Part shown: positions 13,503-25,628 of the stretch, piece by piece
How the letters are laid out: every line of letters starts with the position of its first letter
Numbering within the stretch: the first letter of the stretch is position 1
NCBI GenBank assembly: GCA_022813865.1
Contig: JALDZX010000030.1
Coordinates: 186,001 to 250,000 of the forward strand
Length of the DNA: 64,000 nucleotides
Source of the DNA: Xylographa opegraphella
Lineage: Eukaryota
Direction of reading: 5' to 3'
Position numbers and translations under genes: made by a program
The notes under the pieces: generated by a model
Told to the model about the DNA's origin: nothing
Databases searched by the model: none
The model's input: only the letters and a program-made list of their open reading frames with translations

Positions 13503-14949
13503 ATGGCTCCCTTTCCGGCTGCATCAGCTCCACCATCCTCCTCTGTTGCAACCTTCAACTCGCCAATCAGCGAGAAGGCTTACATAGTAAGAAAAAGCGA
13601 GCTCTCTACCTTGTCATGATTTCCTGACAATCGTGTTTCTTAGATATGTCAATCAGTCCTCTTGGCTCTAGCTATCTCAAATACGATCTGGCGTACCTAC
13701 GTTCGTCTTAAGAAATTTAAGAAGCTCTTCTACGATGACGCCTTCCTTTTCGTGGCATTGGCGGCAGTTATCACGAGCACTGCTTTCGGTTTCTGGAACT
13801 ACACTGTTTCCAAGAATTTAAGTACTATGCAAGCAGCGGAGTTGTCGCTTAAGTCTATTATGTACTCCATCAGTGGGGACATTCTTCTCTGGCTCGCCAT
13901 ATATTGTGTCAAGTTCTCCTTCATGGTCTACTTCCGGGGTCTTATCCGTATGCAACCTGCGATGATCAAGTGGTGGTGGATCGTCTTGTCAATTATAATT
14001 CCATGCGCGATTGGGACCGTGTTTTGTGCTTTCTGGGTCTGTCCAACAGGCATCCCAGTGAAAATGGGTGCGAACATTCCTTGGGTTGCAGCATACTTTA
14101 AGCTAATGTTTTAATAGTACAATGCATAAGTGCCCCTACGTTCATCCATGGCGAATTTGTCACCGTATATTTCTCGGTATTTGCAGACATTTTGACGGAC
14201 CTCTTGCGTAAGGTGCTCTTCCACATCTTCATCGTTCAATTGCTGACTGCAAACCCAAAGTTCTATCGATCCCCGTCAGCGTATTGGCACAACTCCAGGT
14301 CAGTGGTTACCAGAAGTGTGTCATTGGTCTCGTGCTGTGCTGCAGCGTTTTTATGATCGCTATTGCTATCCTACGCGGCGTTGCTACCTACATCCGCGGT
14401 ACTAGTGATCAGGTCTGGACTCTTTTCTGGATCAATACTCAAGCGAACGTTGCCATCATTATGGTCTGCTTCACAGCCTGGAGAACGTTCTATCTCGAGA
14501 GATCTCAGACTGAAGCTGCTCTACGCCGTCGCAACAATGTGCAGAACCTGAATCATGTGCAAGGGTTACCACGACGGACTTGTTGGCCATGGAAGAAGGC
14601 CGAGGAGAGCGTTCATGCAAAACAGCTACGAGAGGCACGGGAAGCACAGGAAGCACAGCAAGCACAGAATAGCACACCTTGGAATAGCAATGATCCAACG
14701 GAGAACGCTAGCAGAAACACGAATACTAGTGGACAGGCACCAAGCATTCAGCCTCAGCAAATGCCACGAGCATTTCTCCCAATGAATATGCAAGGCCAGG
14801 ACATGGAAATGTCCGAATTACGCAGTGATTTGGATGTTTTTCCCATGGGAGTACCGGAACTACGACGTATCTCACGCCTTCAACCCGGCGATAGAGTCCT
14901 GGTGTTCAGTTCACGCATGGGTGCAATGTCGACCGAGTCCTTTGTTTGA
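13503..14949 (+). CDS. Pth11-like integral membrane protein (fungal rhodopsin-like domain, no CFEM)
   Basis: Exons 13503-13586, 13644-14067, 14118-14207, 14261-14949 (429 codons); about 7 hydrophobic segments; DDAFL, YCVKFSFM..F..L, DILTDLLLLSIP, KCVIG..L motifs; hydrophilic tail. Confidence 0.85.
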
Positions 14950-15082
14950 GTCACCTACGCGAGACTTGTATCGTTGACCTTTTGATACTTTACAAACAAG
15001 CTACCTTAGTGCTCGAAAAGTCGGTAACTCTGTTACATTGACTTAGCTGACGTTCCCGCGTGACCAAATTCTGCTTCCCGAC

Positions 15083-15600
15083 AACTTTCGACTTCAACAA
15101 TACGTTTTGGTTGATCGATGTTCTTGTATGAATGCTGTTCTCTACTGAACGGGGTTCTGGATTGAACAATGTCCTGACCTGAACTATGTTCTGACTTGGA
15201 CAATGTTCTAACCTGGATACCCTTCTAAGATGAACAACATTCTAATATGGACAATCATCTGATCCGAAAAGTTCGTTGTCGCTACTTTTTCTCTTCTCGA
15301 CGTTCCAACCTGGGCGACATTCTGACCTGCATGACGCTCTAACTCGAACACTTCTTTAACCTGGACACTTCTTTGGTCTCTACTGATTTCTCTTCTCGAC
15401 TTTTTAATCTCGATGACGTCCCAAGCTGGACGACGCTCTCACCTGGAGGACATTCTAATATGGACAACGCTCTCACTCGATCATCCTTCGAACCTGGAAG
15501 ACGTTCTACCTGGACGACTTTCTAATGTGAACGAGGATCTAGTTTGAGCGATGTTCCTACTCGATGAATACTCTATCCAGGACACTTTTTCTGATCTCGG
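15083..15600. repeat. Degenerate 17-bp-period tandem array (consensus about RACGTTCTAACCTGGAC)
   Basis: Consecutive 17-mers, e.g. 15168 aatgtcctgacctgaac, 15185 tatgttctgacttggac, 15202 aatgttctaacctggat, 15236 aacattctaatatggac, 15299 gacgttccaacctgggc, 15316 gacattctgacctgcat, 15415 gacgtcccaagctggac, 15432 gacgctctcacctggag. Confidence 0.8.
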
Positions 15601-16484
15601 CTTTTCTTTCCTCCTTGACGACAACTTTCTTTCTCGACGTACTTCGGTGGATGAATACTTTCCTGCACTACTGCCCCCACCGACTTCTCTGGTCTCTCGC
15701 CTGCAAGGATATCTCAGCGATGGCCTTCTCCAGCAAACGGAAGAGCGATGATCCTGGTGGAAACGGGTTTGCAGCAATTTTTTTTTCCACTCCTTTAGCC
15801 CCATCTAACGTTGCACCGGTCTTATCAGACCGGTGCTTGATGGTACTCGTACGCTCGGAATAATACATGTGATTTCTAATGGTGTTCTCGTGTCTCTCTG
15901 GCCGTGCCGTGCTGCGGAGTGATATGTTTGTTGTGATCTCTTGCCGAGGCAACAGCCCGGAGCGACAAATGTGAGCTTTAATAGTGGAGAATATCGGGAT
16001 CGACGACTCGCTGTGTGGCATTCTCCGCTATCATGCAGTCTTGGAGAGATCAAGCCCAGCGTCTTCGCCTCATGCGAAGTAGTGTAGGAGTAGTTCCTGT
16101 TCTCACTTCGAGATAGATACTGCGAGATACATTCCGGGCTACACGTTATCCGCAGTAGTTACATGCAATCCTCAATAAACTACATGCCATCCCCAGTAAC
16201 ACCCCCTCCCAATCTACACACCATAAGTATCTCCCCATATCCCCTACCACCTGCACGAGCCACCCGCATCACGAGTCCCTAATCCCCTATCCATCCGTCC
16301 TCGCACGAATAGTATACTCTGTGAAGCATGACCTCGCCCCACACCCATTATCGCCCGCACGATTAAATCGCTCGCTCCTACGAAGCTTGACTACGTGTTT
16401 CTTACGGGGAGATATATTCATAGTTGGTAAGGGGCTTTTTCATAAAGCTAGTCCTACTGCACGTGCTCTATGGCTGGTGGGGGG

Positions 16485-16561
16485 GGGGGGTACGGAAAGG
16501 GGGGTACGGAAAGGGGGGTACGGAAAGGGGGGTACGGAAAGGGGGGTACGGAAAGGGGGGT
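16485..16561. repeat. 14-bp tandem repeat (GGGGGGTACGGAAA) x5
   Basis: Five perfect copies read directly, followed by a final G6 run. Confidence 0.95.
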
Positions 16562-17996
16562 GCTAAGGCCGAGGATTATACTGTGGTTGTGGTTGATCGG
16601 TGATGTGGGATTGGGTAAAGTGAGGTTGAAATAGCTACGACTCCGATGGCGTTGGAGCTGGTGAGGTCCAGTAGAGGGTGCCGATAGGGAATGTGGTGGA
16701 ACCGGGGGTGGGTGTTGAAGGTAAGGGGGTCGGTGTGCAGAGGGTATTGTGGGAGGAGTATTGTGAAGAATTAAACTTAAAGATTTTTCTTTTGGGATGT
16801 TGGCGGCTGGGGATTTTCTGTGATGTGACATTTTTATAGTTCTCGCATAGGAAGTAGGCGGGCCACGAGTGGGAAGGAAAGAACTTGCTGATTTTATCAA
16901 TTCTAGGAGTTTGTGTTGATGGGTAGAATGTCAGAACAAAGGTGAGCTGCACAATTGACAAGAGAATGTGCCTTATGAGGAGAAATCGAGCTGCATACCT
17001 TAGGTCGAGCAGTGGTAAACAGCTTTCTGCAAAACAGCTACATTCAGATGTTGTGCCCATGATGTGGTCTCGTTTTCGGTAGACGTTGTGCGAGCTACGA
17101 AGTACGGGCCGAGGCTTGACTCACGGCTCGGTCCAAGCCTCAGGGATATCCTGGTCTGGGCCTAGCCGAAATAAGAATCGGCCCGAGCGCGAGGGTCAGA
17201 TCGGCCGATGCAGTCGGAAGGACTGCATCGGCTTAGGAACGCGAGGTGAATTCTCCAATCTTGCGAATATCGACTGACTGCTTCATCGAGTATGGACATA
17301 CTTTCCGATGTATTGCTTGTTGAGTGATTTACTGTACTTTCTATGCAGCAAGCAGACACGGGCATCTTAACGGCAAAAGAGTGAAGCTGCAGGCCCTGCC
17401 GCTGCCGCTTTGGAACCCATTCGTGGGACGAGGCTGCGTCTCTGCTCAAACTGCAGGGTATCGTGGGAATTTGGGGTCGTCGTCCATCTTGGGTTTCAAC
17501 ATCCTTGATAAAAGCAGCTTATAGGAAACCTGTGTCCAATCATGTCTCTCTTCCCATGCCTATCCGACAGCCCCCACGCCAATGGCAGTCTTTTCAAGCA
17601 CACCACTTGACGAGAAGAATCACAGGTGCGTGTTTTTCAGCTCTGCTCTATCTCTGTTTAGTCTCATGTTCCAGGTCGTGTTTACTCATAAGCACCCCGG
17701 CCAATCTACCACACCAATCTATATATCCATGTCCCTTTTCCAAAAACCGACAACGGAAAGCGCCATGAGGACTCTGCCAAGAGCATACCGCTGTCGCTAT
17801 CAGGAGTGTGTTACAACGAGGCTGAACTTTAGCTTGAGAGGTCGACAGTCCCCAGGTGATCAGGGTGCGCTATAATAGTGGAATGGATGCCTCTTTCTCT
17901 TCTATAGCTCTTGATTTCACCTATCCTCGAATGTTCCTTACTATCTGCGTACAAGATTTGAACTTCTGCAACATCTACCCATAAATTGCTCTGACC

Positions 17997-19005
17997 ATGG
18001 CTTTTGTTGAATGCATCATGGTATTCGCCTTCGTCCAAGCACTGTGGACGTCAAGTGTGCAAGGCTACGCGCTATCTCCCCCTCACCCAAGCATTACCCA
18101 GGCTCCGGCATACAATCTTCTTTTGCAGGAGAGACAAGACAGTGGCGGGTCCGTTCTATGCTCACAGTGGAGTATTCCCGGAGGTAGGTTGCACGAAAGA
18201 TCTACGACTTACGAAGCAACGAAGCTCTTGTGACCTGACAAATCTAGTCGGCGTACCGGTGTGCCAGGCGGGACTGACCTGCATCTTCCAGTCCGATGGT
18301 AACAACGAAGGATGCTTCCCGCCAACGGCAACCGAAGTTGCTTTCACCACCAACTGCTATGACTATCCTAATACATGGGACGGAAGTGGCATAATCCCTA
18401 TCAATGATATATATTGGTATGAACCGGCCATCTATGTTTCTCCTAGATCCTTGGCCGGATACTAACATCCGCTGCTCAGTCCATCCTCTGCGCCTGCATG
18501 TGGTGAATATGTTTTCTCGAACGCGGGTGGAGCATGGACCAATCTTGGGTGCTCCATCACAGCGTATTCTTTTACGGCTTTTCAGATCGCCGCGTTCAGT
18601 AATTCGCCTGTGCCAACAGCTGCTGTGACGACAGTGGTCATCACTGAAACCCCCATCGTACCCGTCGTGTCTTCTACCACTTCAGCCCCGTCAACGTCAA
18701 CTCCAATGACATCGTCCACCACACCCAGCCCGGTCTCTCCGTCCGCGTCTTCCAGTACAACAGCAGCACAGCCCGCGAACACCGGGGAAAGTAAAGTTTC
18801 CGAAGCCGCCACGATTGGCGGAGCCGTCGGTGGTACCGTTGGAGGGTTGGGAGCCCTCATCGGTGGTGTCGCTACCTGGTATTATTTAAGGAAGAAGCAT
18901 GCTCTGAGGAGGCGAGAGGCTGCCGCAGCCGCGCGAGGTGAGGGTGCGAAGGAGGAAGACTCTTTCGGCATGCAGTCTCCGGAACTGGGAAGCGCACACT
19001 GCTAG
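17997..19005 (+). CDS. Type I membrane protein with Cys-rich ectodomain and Ser/Thr stalk (Mid2/Wsc-like architecture)
   Basis: Exons 17997-18183, 18248-18416, 18480-19005 (293 aa). Signal peptide, 8 Cys in the ectodomain, S/T/P-rich stalk, TM segment IGGAVGGTVGGLGALIGGVATWYYL followed by RKK. Confidence 0.82.
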
Positions 19006-19598
19006 ATGTGTGCAAAGCCCCAATTCCGTTTGTGTTTTCGCATGTGGTCCGCTCCCGGTGTCACATGAGGCGATGTCGCAGAGCATCTAATGGAATTTGA
19101 TGAGGTGGACTACCTACCAGCGTAATCGTGTGGTAGCTTGGACGACCCCCAATGATTTTCGATCTCCTTTGTGCTTTTCGTGTTATTTAGACGAAGTCAG
19201 GTGGTGGAAATAATTGATGACGGCTATGCTGCTCATTTTTCCATGTTGACTGTGCATTACCCAGATTGTGGTGTGAGCAGATCCCTCCTTCCCGGATCTA
19301 GTACACCGGCGGAGCTTCTGTGCAACGACTATCTGACCTCCGGCTGCCCAATCGCTGTGACAGCGAGCAATATGCTTGAACGTTTCTCCGCATTGACCTA
19401 AAGATAGTATAACCCAGGCTACACGGCATGAGAGCAAAATCCCTCGCGCTGATGTCTATAAAGCGTGGAGGTGAATGCAATAGTTTTGCGCCTTACATTG
19501 TGGACAAAACAAATCCCCAAACCCTCATCGGACGACCATTACCCAAAGTCACCACATAGCGCACCCTCAGGATCCATCGTACCCACCGCACAAGGACC

Positions 19599-20033
19599 AT
19601 GTGCTTCCGCAACATGCAAGGCGACCCCCCCGACAACCTCGTCGAGCAGCCCATCCAAATCGTCAGCGCCTATCCACCACCTCCTCCCCGAGTGGCCCGC
19701 AAGCAAGACCCCGAGCACTCCTCCCGAGACCACCAACACGCCAACCCCCACAACGCCGTACCAGATACCGACACAGTTGACGCCGCGGCGCACAAGGAGG
19801 GCAAGAAGAAGCGCGATTGGGGCAAGCCGTCGTGGAGCGACCTCTTCCGGGTGATTGGCCCGCCGTTGCAGACTTACGAGCGCGATATCAATCGCAAGCA
19901 GGCGCAGCACGAGGCGGCTAAGCAGAGGAGGGTGCAGCTTAGGCGGGATGATGAGAGTTTGCAGAGGGAGAGGGGGAGGAGTGGGGGGGTGGATTGGGGG
20001 GGGGGAGGGGGTGTGGTGATTGGTGGAGGTTAG
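19599..20033 (+). CDS. Small hypothetical protein (144 aa)
   Basis: ATG-initiated ORF with coding-like codon use, basic patch KKKR, helical QTYERDINRKQAQHEAAKQRR, Gly-rich end; no family recognised. Confidence 0.45.
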   Translation: MCFRNMQGDPPDNLVEQPIQIVSAYPPPPPRVARKQDPEHSSRDHQHANPHNAVPDTDTVDAAAHKEGKKKRDWGKPSWSDLFRVIGPPLQTYERDINRKQAQHEAAKQRRVQLRRDDESLQRERGRSGGVDWGGGGGVVIGGG

Positions 20034-20100
20034 GCGGGGGGATTAGGGACGGTAGCGCATGTTGAAGGGCGTTAGTGGCCGGAGCGGTCGCGGCGTTAGG

Positions 20101-20214
20101 GGTTGATGTATGTTCAGACTACAGATCTATAAGTTTCTAGGGTTTAATGCTTTGTTTGCACCTTCCTCGAGCCGAGGGCGGTTGATGTACGTTCAGACTA
20201 CAGATGTATAAGTT
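20101..20214. repeat. 35-bp direct repeat pair
   Basis: ggttgatgtatgttcagactacagatctataagtt (20101-20135) vs ggttgatgtacgttcagactacagatgtataagtt (20180-20214); 2 mismatches. Confidence 0.85.
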
Positions 20215-20425
20215 CGACGTCATCCTTCGTAACACCACCAAACACCTGCAATACATACCTTTGGGTTGATAGCTTTAATTGCCATTTTTAGATATGACGA
20301 ATTGGTTCGACCCGTTCTCCTGATCCTTCCTGCTCTTTCAATAGGAGCGGTACCGTTCTCCGTAATGGAAACCTAGCTCTGCGGCCCTCACGGCCTCAAG
20401 GCCATTCCCTATATTATTTGCCAAC

Positions 20426-23400
20426 ATGGCTCTTCATATTCCCCGATTAGGACCGCGTCGTAGCTCTTCCAAAGTCAGGGCGGACAAAGTTCGGGAACGG
20501 GAAACCGTCGGTTTTTATCTCCTGCTTCTCTACCTCTCATTGACTAACACCAGAACAGTTCAAATACTACTTGCCGGATGAGCCAGCCCCTCAGGAAGCT
20601 GATTCTATCCATGGTACTGATGTGGCCAATACACTATGTGCCTTACCAACGTCGTCGCCCGATACCACCTTGATGGCGTTGGCTCAGCTGACGGCGTTGC
20701 GACTTAAGGCTTCTCGGGCCATGATCAGTGTCATTGGGAAAGACACACAGTATTTCATTGCAGAGGCAACTAAAACTCTCGATCTTGTAGACCATACACT
20801 GTCGGAAGCAGAGGGAGATGGACTATGGCTCGGATGCTCTAATGTTGATAAATCCGGGAGATTGTGCGAGGTTGGTTAATCCCCAAATGATAGCTCGATC
20901 GTATCTCTGCAAGCTCCTCCGGAGCATACATGTCCAGGAGACTACGGGAAGACAGCCCGCAGTATTGGAGTTGCTTTAAGGATGGAGTCAACTTAAGCTA
21001 ATAGGGGAACAGAAGACAATAGAGCTTCCATTGATGCGCGACGACTTTGCATGCTTTGAAGTTACGGACCTTTCCAAGGATGACCGCTTCAACATGCTCC
21101 ATTTTGTGACCGGGGCACCGCATTTTAAATACTATGCAGGAACGCCTTTGACTACGAAGAAAGGAATCAATATCGGAAGTCTATTTATCCTCGACGACGT
21201 AGTCCGTTCTCCGCTCAACCGCGAACACCGAAGATTCCTAGGGACCATTGCGAAAACCATCATGGGACATCTGGAAATCATGCGTGAGGCAATGAAAAGA
21301 AAAAACGGTATTTGTATGTCTAAAGGCCTGAATGCTTTCGTGGAAGGCAAAGACTGGCTTCCGAGGAGCAGCCGTGACGGCCGCTCTGAATCAAGTACCG
21401 GTTATGATGACTTGACAGAATCCCAGGATAGACATAGTCGCCAGCGAAGCAATAGACGACAATCCCAAAGGAAGGGTATGCATATTGACACCACGACTAC
21501 TTCCAGCTTAAATCCTCCTTCGCAAGACCCCAGACCAGAACTCTTCCGCGAACAAGGACAGGAGATAGTTACGGATGGTTCTCAGCAAATAGGTTCGAAC
21601 GGGGTATCACCTGTTGCAACATCGTCCGGGTATTCCAGCATTAGCACTGGCTCAGATGTTCGTGATTTGTTCGAAAGAGATCCTATGAAGCCAGATTGTC
21701 TTTACAACTCGACGCAAAGAACTTTTGTTCGTGCATCTTGCTTGCTCCGTCAATCCTTGGGTCTTGAAAAGAACGGAGGCGTATTGTTCTTGGATGGAAC
21801 CATTGGTTTCCGCAGTGAAGGCGACCGCGCGTTAGCTCGTACTACCTCAGCCACTGAAGACGCTGCTGCTGTTTTTAGACGTACTTTGAGTCTCAGAAGC
21901 TTCGATGCAAGTGAGCATAACACATGCAAAGACTTGGAAAGATCGAGATCTCAATATACAAGTGAGGTATCGGCGGATATCCTTGCCTTCTGCACCCAGG
22001 AGGCCCCTCGGGGTACATGCGAAATATCGGCCAATTCATTGTCTTTTAAACCGCTAGAAGAGGCTGTGCTGCACAATTTCCTCAGAAGGTATCCTCGAGG
22101 AAAGCTTTGGCTTTTTGATGACGATGGAACTCTTCCGTCTTCATCCGGCGAGGCAAAAGGAGCTTTGCTGAGTACTCGAGATTCTTCAGACCTGATGGAA
22201 TTGAAGCAAATGGAAGCTCTCACTATAAAAGCGCACTTTCCTGGGGGTAAGAATCATGTTTGCATGTTGAGAATACTAACTGACGATGATTAAGTGCGGC
22301 AACTCATGCTCTCCCCGCTGTGGGATGCCAACACATCTCGTTGGCTAGCTGGATGCTTCTGCTGGACCACAACTTCGCGCCCTCAGATTTTCTCTCAGGG
22401 AACCGAAGTCAGCTTCTTGTACGTTTATTTTTGATTCCCTGTCCTTCTCACGACGCCGTTACTGTGTTCTGAGACATGCTTCTGTTGTGTATAATACTCA
22501 AGCCAGGACGCTTGAGTTGGACGTACTTCCCAGAGCTCCCGCTTCACTTTCATTTTTGGCTCACCAATACAAGGAAGTGCTGACTCCGAATCAACCTCAA
22601 GAAAAGCTTTCTGCAACAGCGTGCTTGCGGAAGTTTCAAGATTGGCCACATTGGAAGCAGATCGTCAGAAGGGTGATTTTATCAGCTCGGTATCTCATGA
22701 GCTGCGTTCACCTCTACATGGAATACTAGGGAGTGCCGAGTTTTTGAGAGAGACCTCCTGTGATGCGTTTCAGACCAGCTTGATCGATACCATCCAGACC
22801 TGTGGTACCACTTTGGTATATTGAACGCCTTTCTTTCACATCTCTTGCACCTCAGTTCTGACCCAGTCTAGTTGGACACTATCAGCCACGTGCTCGACTA
22901 TAGTAAGATCAACGCCTTCGAAAGAGACTTGCAGAATGGAGGTAAGCAGGGACTGACTAATGCCCGTTCTTCGTCACAAACGTTACTCAGAGGCGCAACC
23001 AGTGTGCTGAATATATATGCCCTGACGGATATTGCAGCCATCTGCGAAGAGGTTGTGGAGGGCGTGTATGCAGGCCAACTGTATCAACGTCATGCGTCGC
23101 CGGCGGACGGGATGCAAGGCATAGCTGAGGTCGAGAATCAAGTGAAAATTATCATTGATATTGAAAAAGCCGACTTCAACTTTGTGACACAACCTGGAGC
23201 TCTGCGCAGAATAATTATGAACATCTTCGGTAACGCTCTAAAATATACAGATGAAGGCACGATCGAGGTCAAGCTTCGGCTCGAAGAACTCGATACTTCT
23301 AACGCGGATTGGAGCGACAATGAAGAGAACACAAAGAATCTCGTAATTACAGTAACGGATACAGGAAAAGGTATCTCAAGTGAATATATAAGGACCCGTT

Positions 23401-24726
23401 TATATACTCCTTTCGCTCAAGAAGATGGACTCGTCCCGGGTACTGGACTTGGCTTATCTATAACTCGTAGTATTGTCACTATGCTAGGTGGTGATGTTGA
23501 GATACGGAGTCAGAAAGGACAAGGCACTGAAGCGGAAATCACCATCCCGCTTTCTTACACAGCAACAAATTCGACGTCCAGAGGTGGATCGGCTAGCAAA
23601 CCGGGGAACTCTTTCAGCATTTTACAGGATCGTTATCACAATAAAGTCATCGGACTTTATGGATTTGGAATGAACGAATTGCCGTGGCTGCGGGACTCAA
23701 AGACCGAGCGTATCCTTAAGAAATACATCTCGGATTGGTATGGTATGAAAGTTGTTTCGTCATGGCTTCCATCGACGCATATAGACATCATACTTGTAGA
23801 GGAAGAGAAATTACCTGATCTTATGTCACAAGGCACGGGACTGAGAAGCCTTGTTGTCTTGGGCAACAGTCCATCCGCTAGCGGAGCCAGAACAATTCGT
23901 GAGCTGACTGGAGGTATAGAGTATCTGTCGAAGCCTTTTGGACCTTACAAGCTGGCCAAGGCATTGCAGCTCTGTTTAGAAAAGGCAGAATCTCATAGAG
24001 ATGATAGTACGGTACTCGAGAAAGCAAATGCGGCTACAGACTCGACAACAACTACTATTGAAGCAGTCATCAATAATCTACATCTGGTCGACGACAAGGT
24101 GTCGCTGTCTAACCACGCGCCCGAACAGCAAAGGAACCTTCCGACGTTTGTCATCACAAACAGCGTGGTAACCCCATCCGCAACCGCCTTTCCGGCTCGA
24201 AAAGATCCCAAAATTCTCCTGGTTGAGGATAACAAGATCAATCTTCGGCTCCTGGAAGCTTTCATGAGGAAACGCAAGTACACGGATGTGGATACGGCGG
24301 AGAACGGGCAATTTGCTGTTGACGCGGTTGAGCAGCACCAGGGAGGGTACGATATCATATTCATGGGTATGTGATACCCCCGTAAATGAAATCATCCCCG
24401 GCGGTACACTAAACCGAGCCAGACATATCCATGCCCGTCCTCAACGGCTTCGAAGCCACAGCCGCCATTCGAAACCTCGAGGCTTCGCGATCCACGCCGG
24501 AGATCACACCTCGAGCGCTCATCATAGCCCTCACTGGCCTTGCCAGCGCTCGTGATCAGCACGAAGCGTTCGTGTGTGGAGTTGACTTGTAAGTCGAAAC
24601 TGATCAACGGGACGAAAAGGAGTAGCACGGCTCAATTTTCTTACACTTTGCAGGTTCATGACGAAGCCGACGAGTTTCAAGGAAATGGGCAAGTTGCTGG
24701 ATGACTGGGCGTCTGACGCTCGATGA
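20426..24726 (+). CDS. Hybrid sensor histidine kinase (GAF - HisKA - HATPase - receiver)
   Basis: Eight exons: 20426-20506, 20559-20870, 21013-22246, 22295-22418, 22602-22815, 22872-24366, 24423-24588, 24654-24726 (1233 codons). GAF (YYAGTPL...IGSLFILD), H-box SHELRSPLHGI, N-box NIFGNALKYT, G1 DTGKG, G2 GTGLGLSI, receiver LLVEDN...IFMDISMP...KP. Confidence 0.92.
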
Positions 24727-25628
24727 ATCATGACGTTTGTGGAGGGGGAGATATTCTTACTTTTACCCAACTTTAGGCCCTCTGCAAAGCTCTGATAGGC
24801 AGAGGAACGTGTATCTGTACTTTTGGACGGTCACCGCCGCTTCTCAAGCGGGCAGCGCTTGAAGTAATTTTTCAGTCCTGGTAGACTAGCATACCTATGG
24901 CCGAAGATTAAGCACCTCAGAAGTCATTGCAATGAGTGAGAAGCGTGCACGATGTTCATCTGTGCGTGGTGAGGTATCGCGCCTAGTTGATACACTGGGT
25001 GGCGGGATCTTCATTGGCTTGTAGTAGGATTTACGATAGTGTAGATATTGGGCGGGATGGTTGGTAGTGACGGATAGTGTGGAGAGGTTTTGCACAGGCG
25101 GCCTTGTGGAAAGGAGTAGTGGTGGTCAAGCAGATTACATAGGGTCGTCTTCGTTGTATTGCATTCTATTCTTGTAGCTTGAGACTGCAATTATAGCTGA
25201 CATGAATTATGTGATGACAAGCTAAAAGGTCTTGGTGCCGTTCAGTCTCCTGGTAAGAGAGCCCAGTATTATTCGTTTGTTGTCAGCTTGATCGGATGCT
25301 GTTCAAGCCAACTCGATTGTCGTCCGTATGCTATTCAGCCTCAAGCTCTCCTACCGCTATATTCTGTCGTCCACGCTCCTCTGTTCCCGACACCGGCCAG
25401 CGAACCACACTCGCTACTTCTCCCACACGCGCAGCACGTCCTCTATCTGATACTGCCCATAAAGCCACCATAGCCATCCATTCTCTCGAACCATTCCTCT
25501 TCCCCTGCCTCCACAATCCCTCCCCCCTCCACACCCACAAGCTCCTTTCAGAATGCATTATCAGATACCTCGCATGCCAAGAAAGCTTCCTTGTAGTCTA
25601 TGACGCGCGGGCGACCTATAGGCGCCGC

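Noticed and set aside
20101..20214. CRISPR-like repeat-spacer-repeat geometry
   Set aside because: Only two copies, fungal genome, no cas genes.
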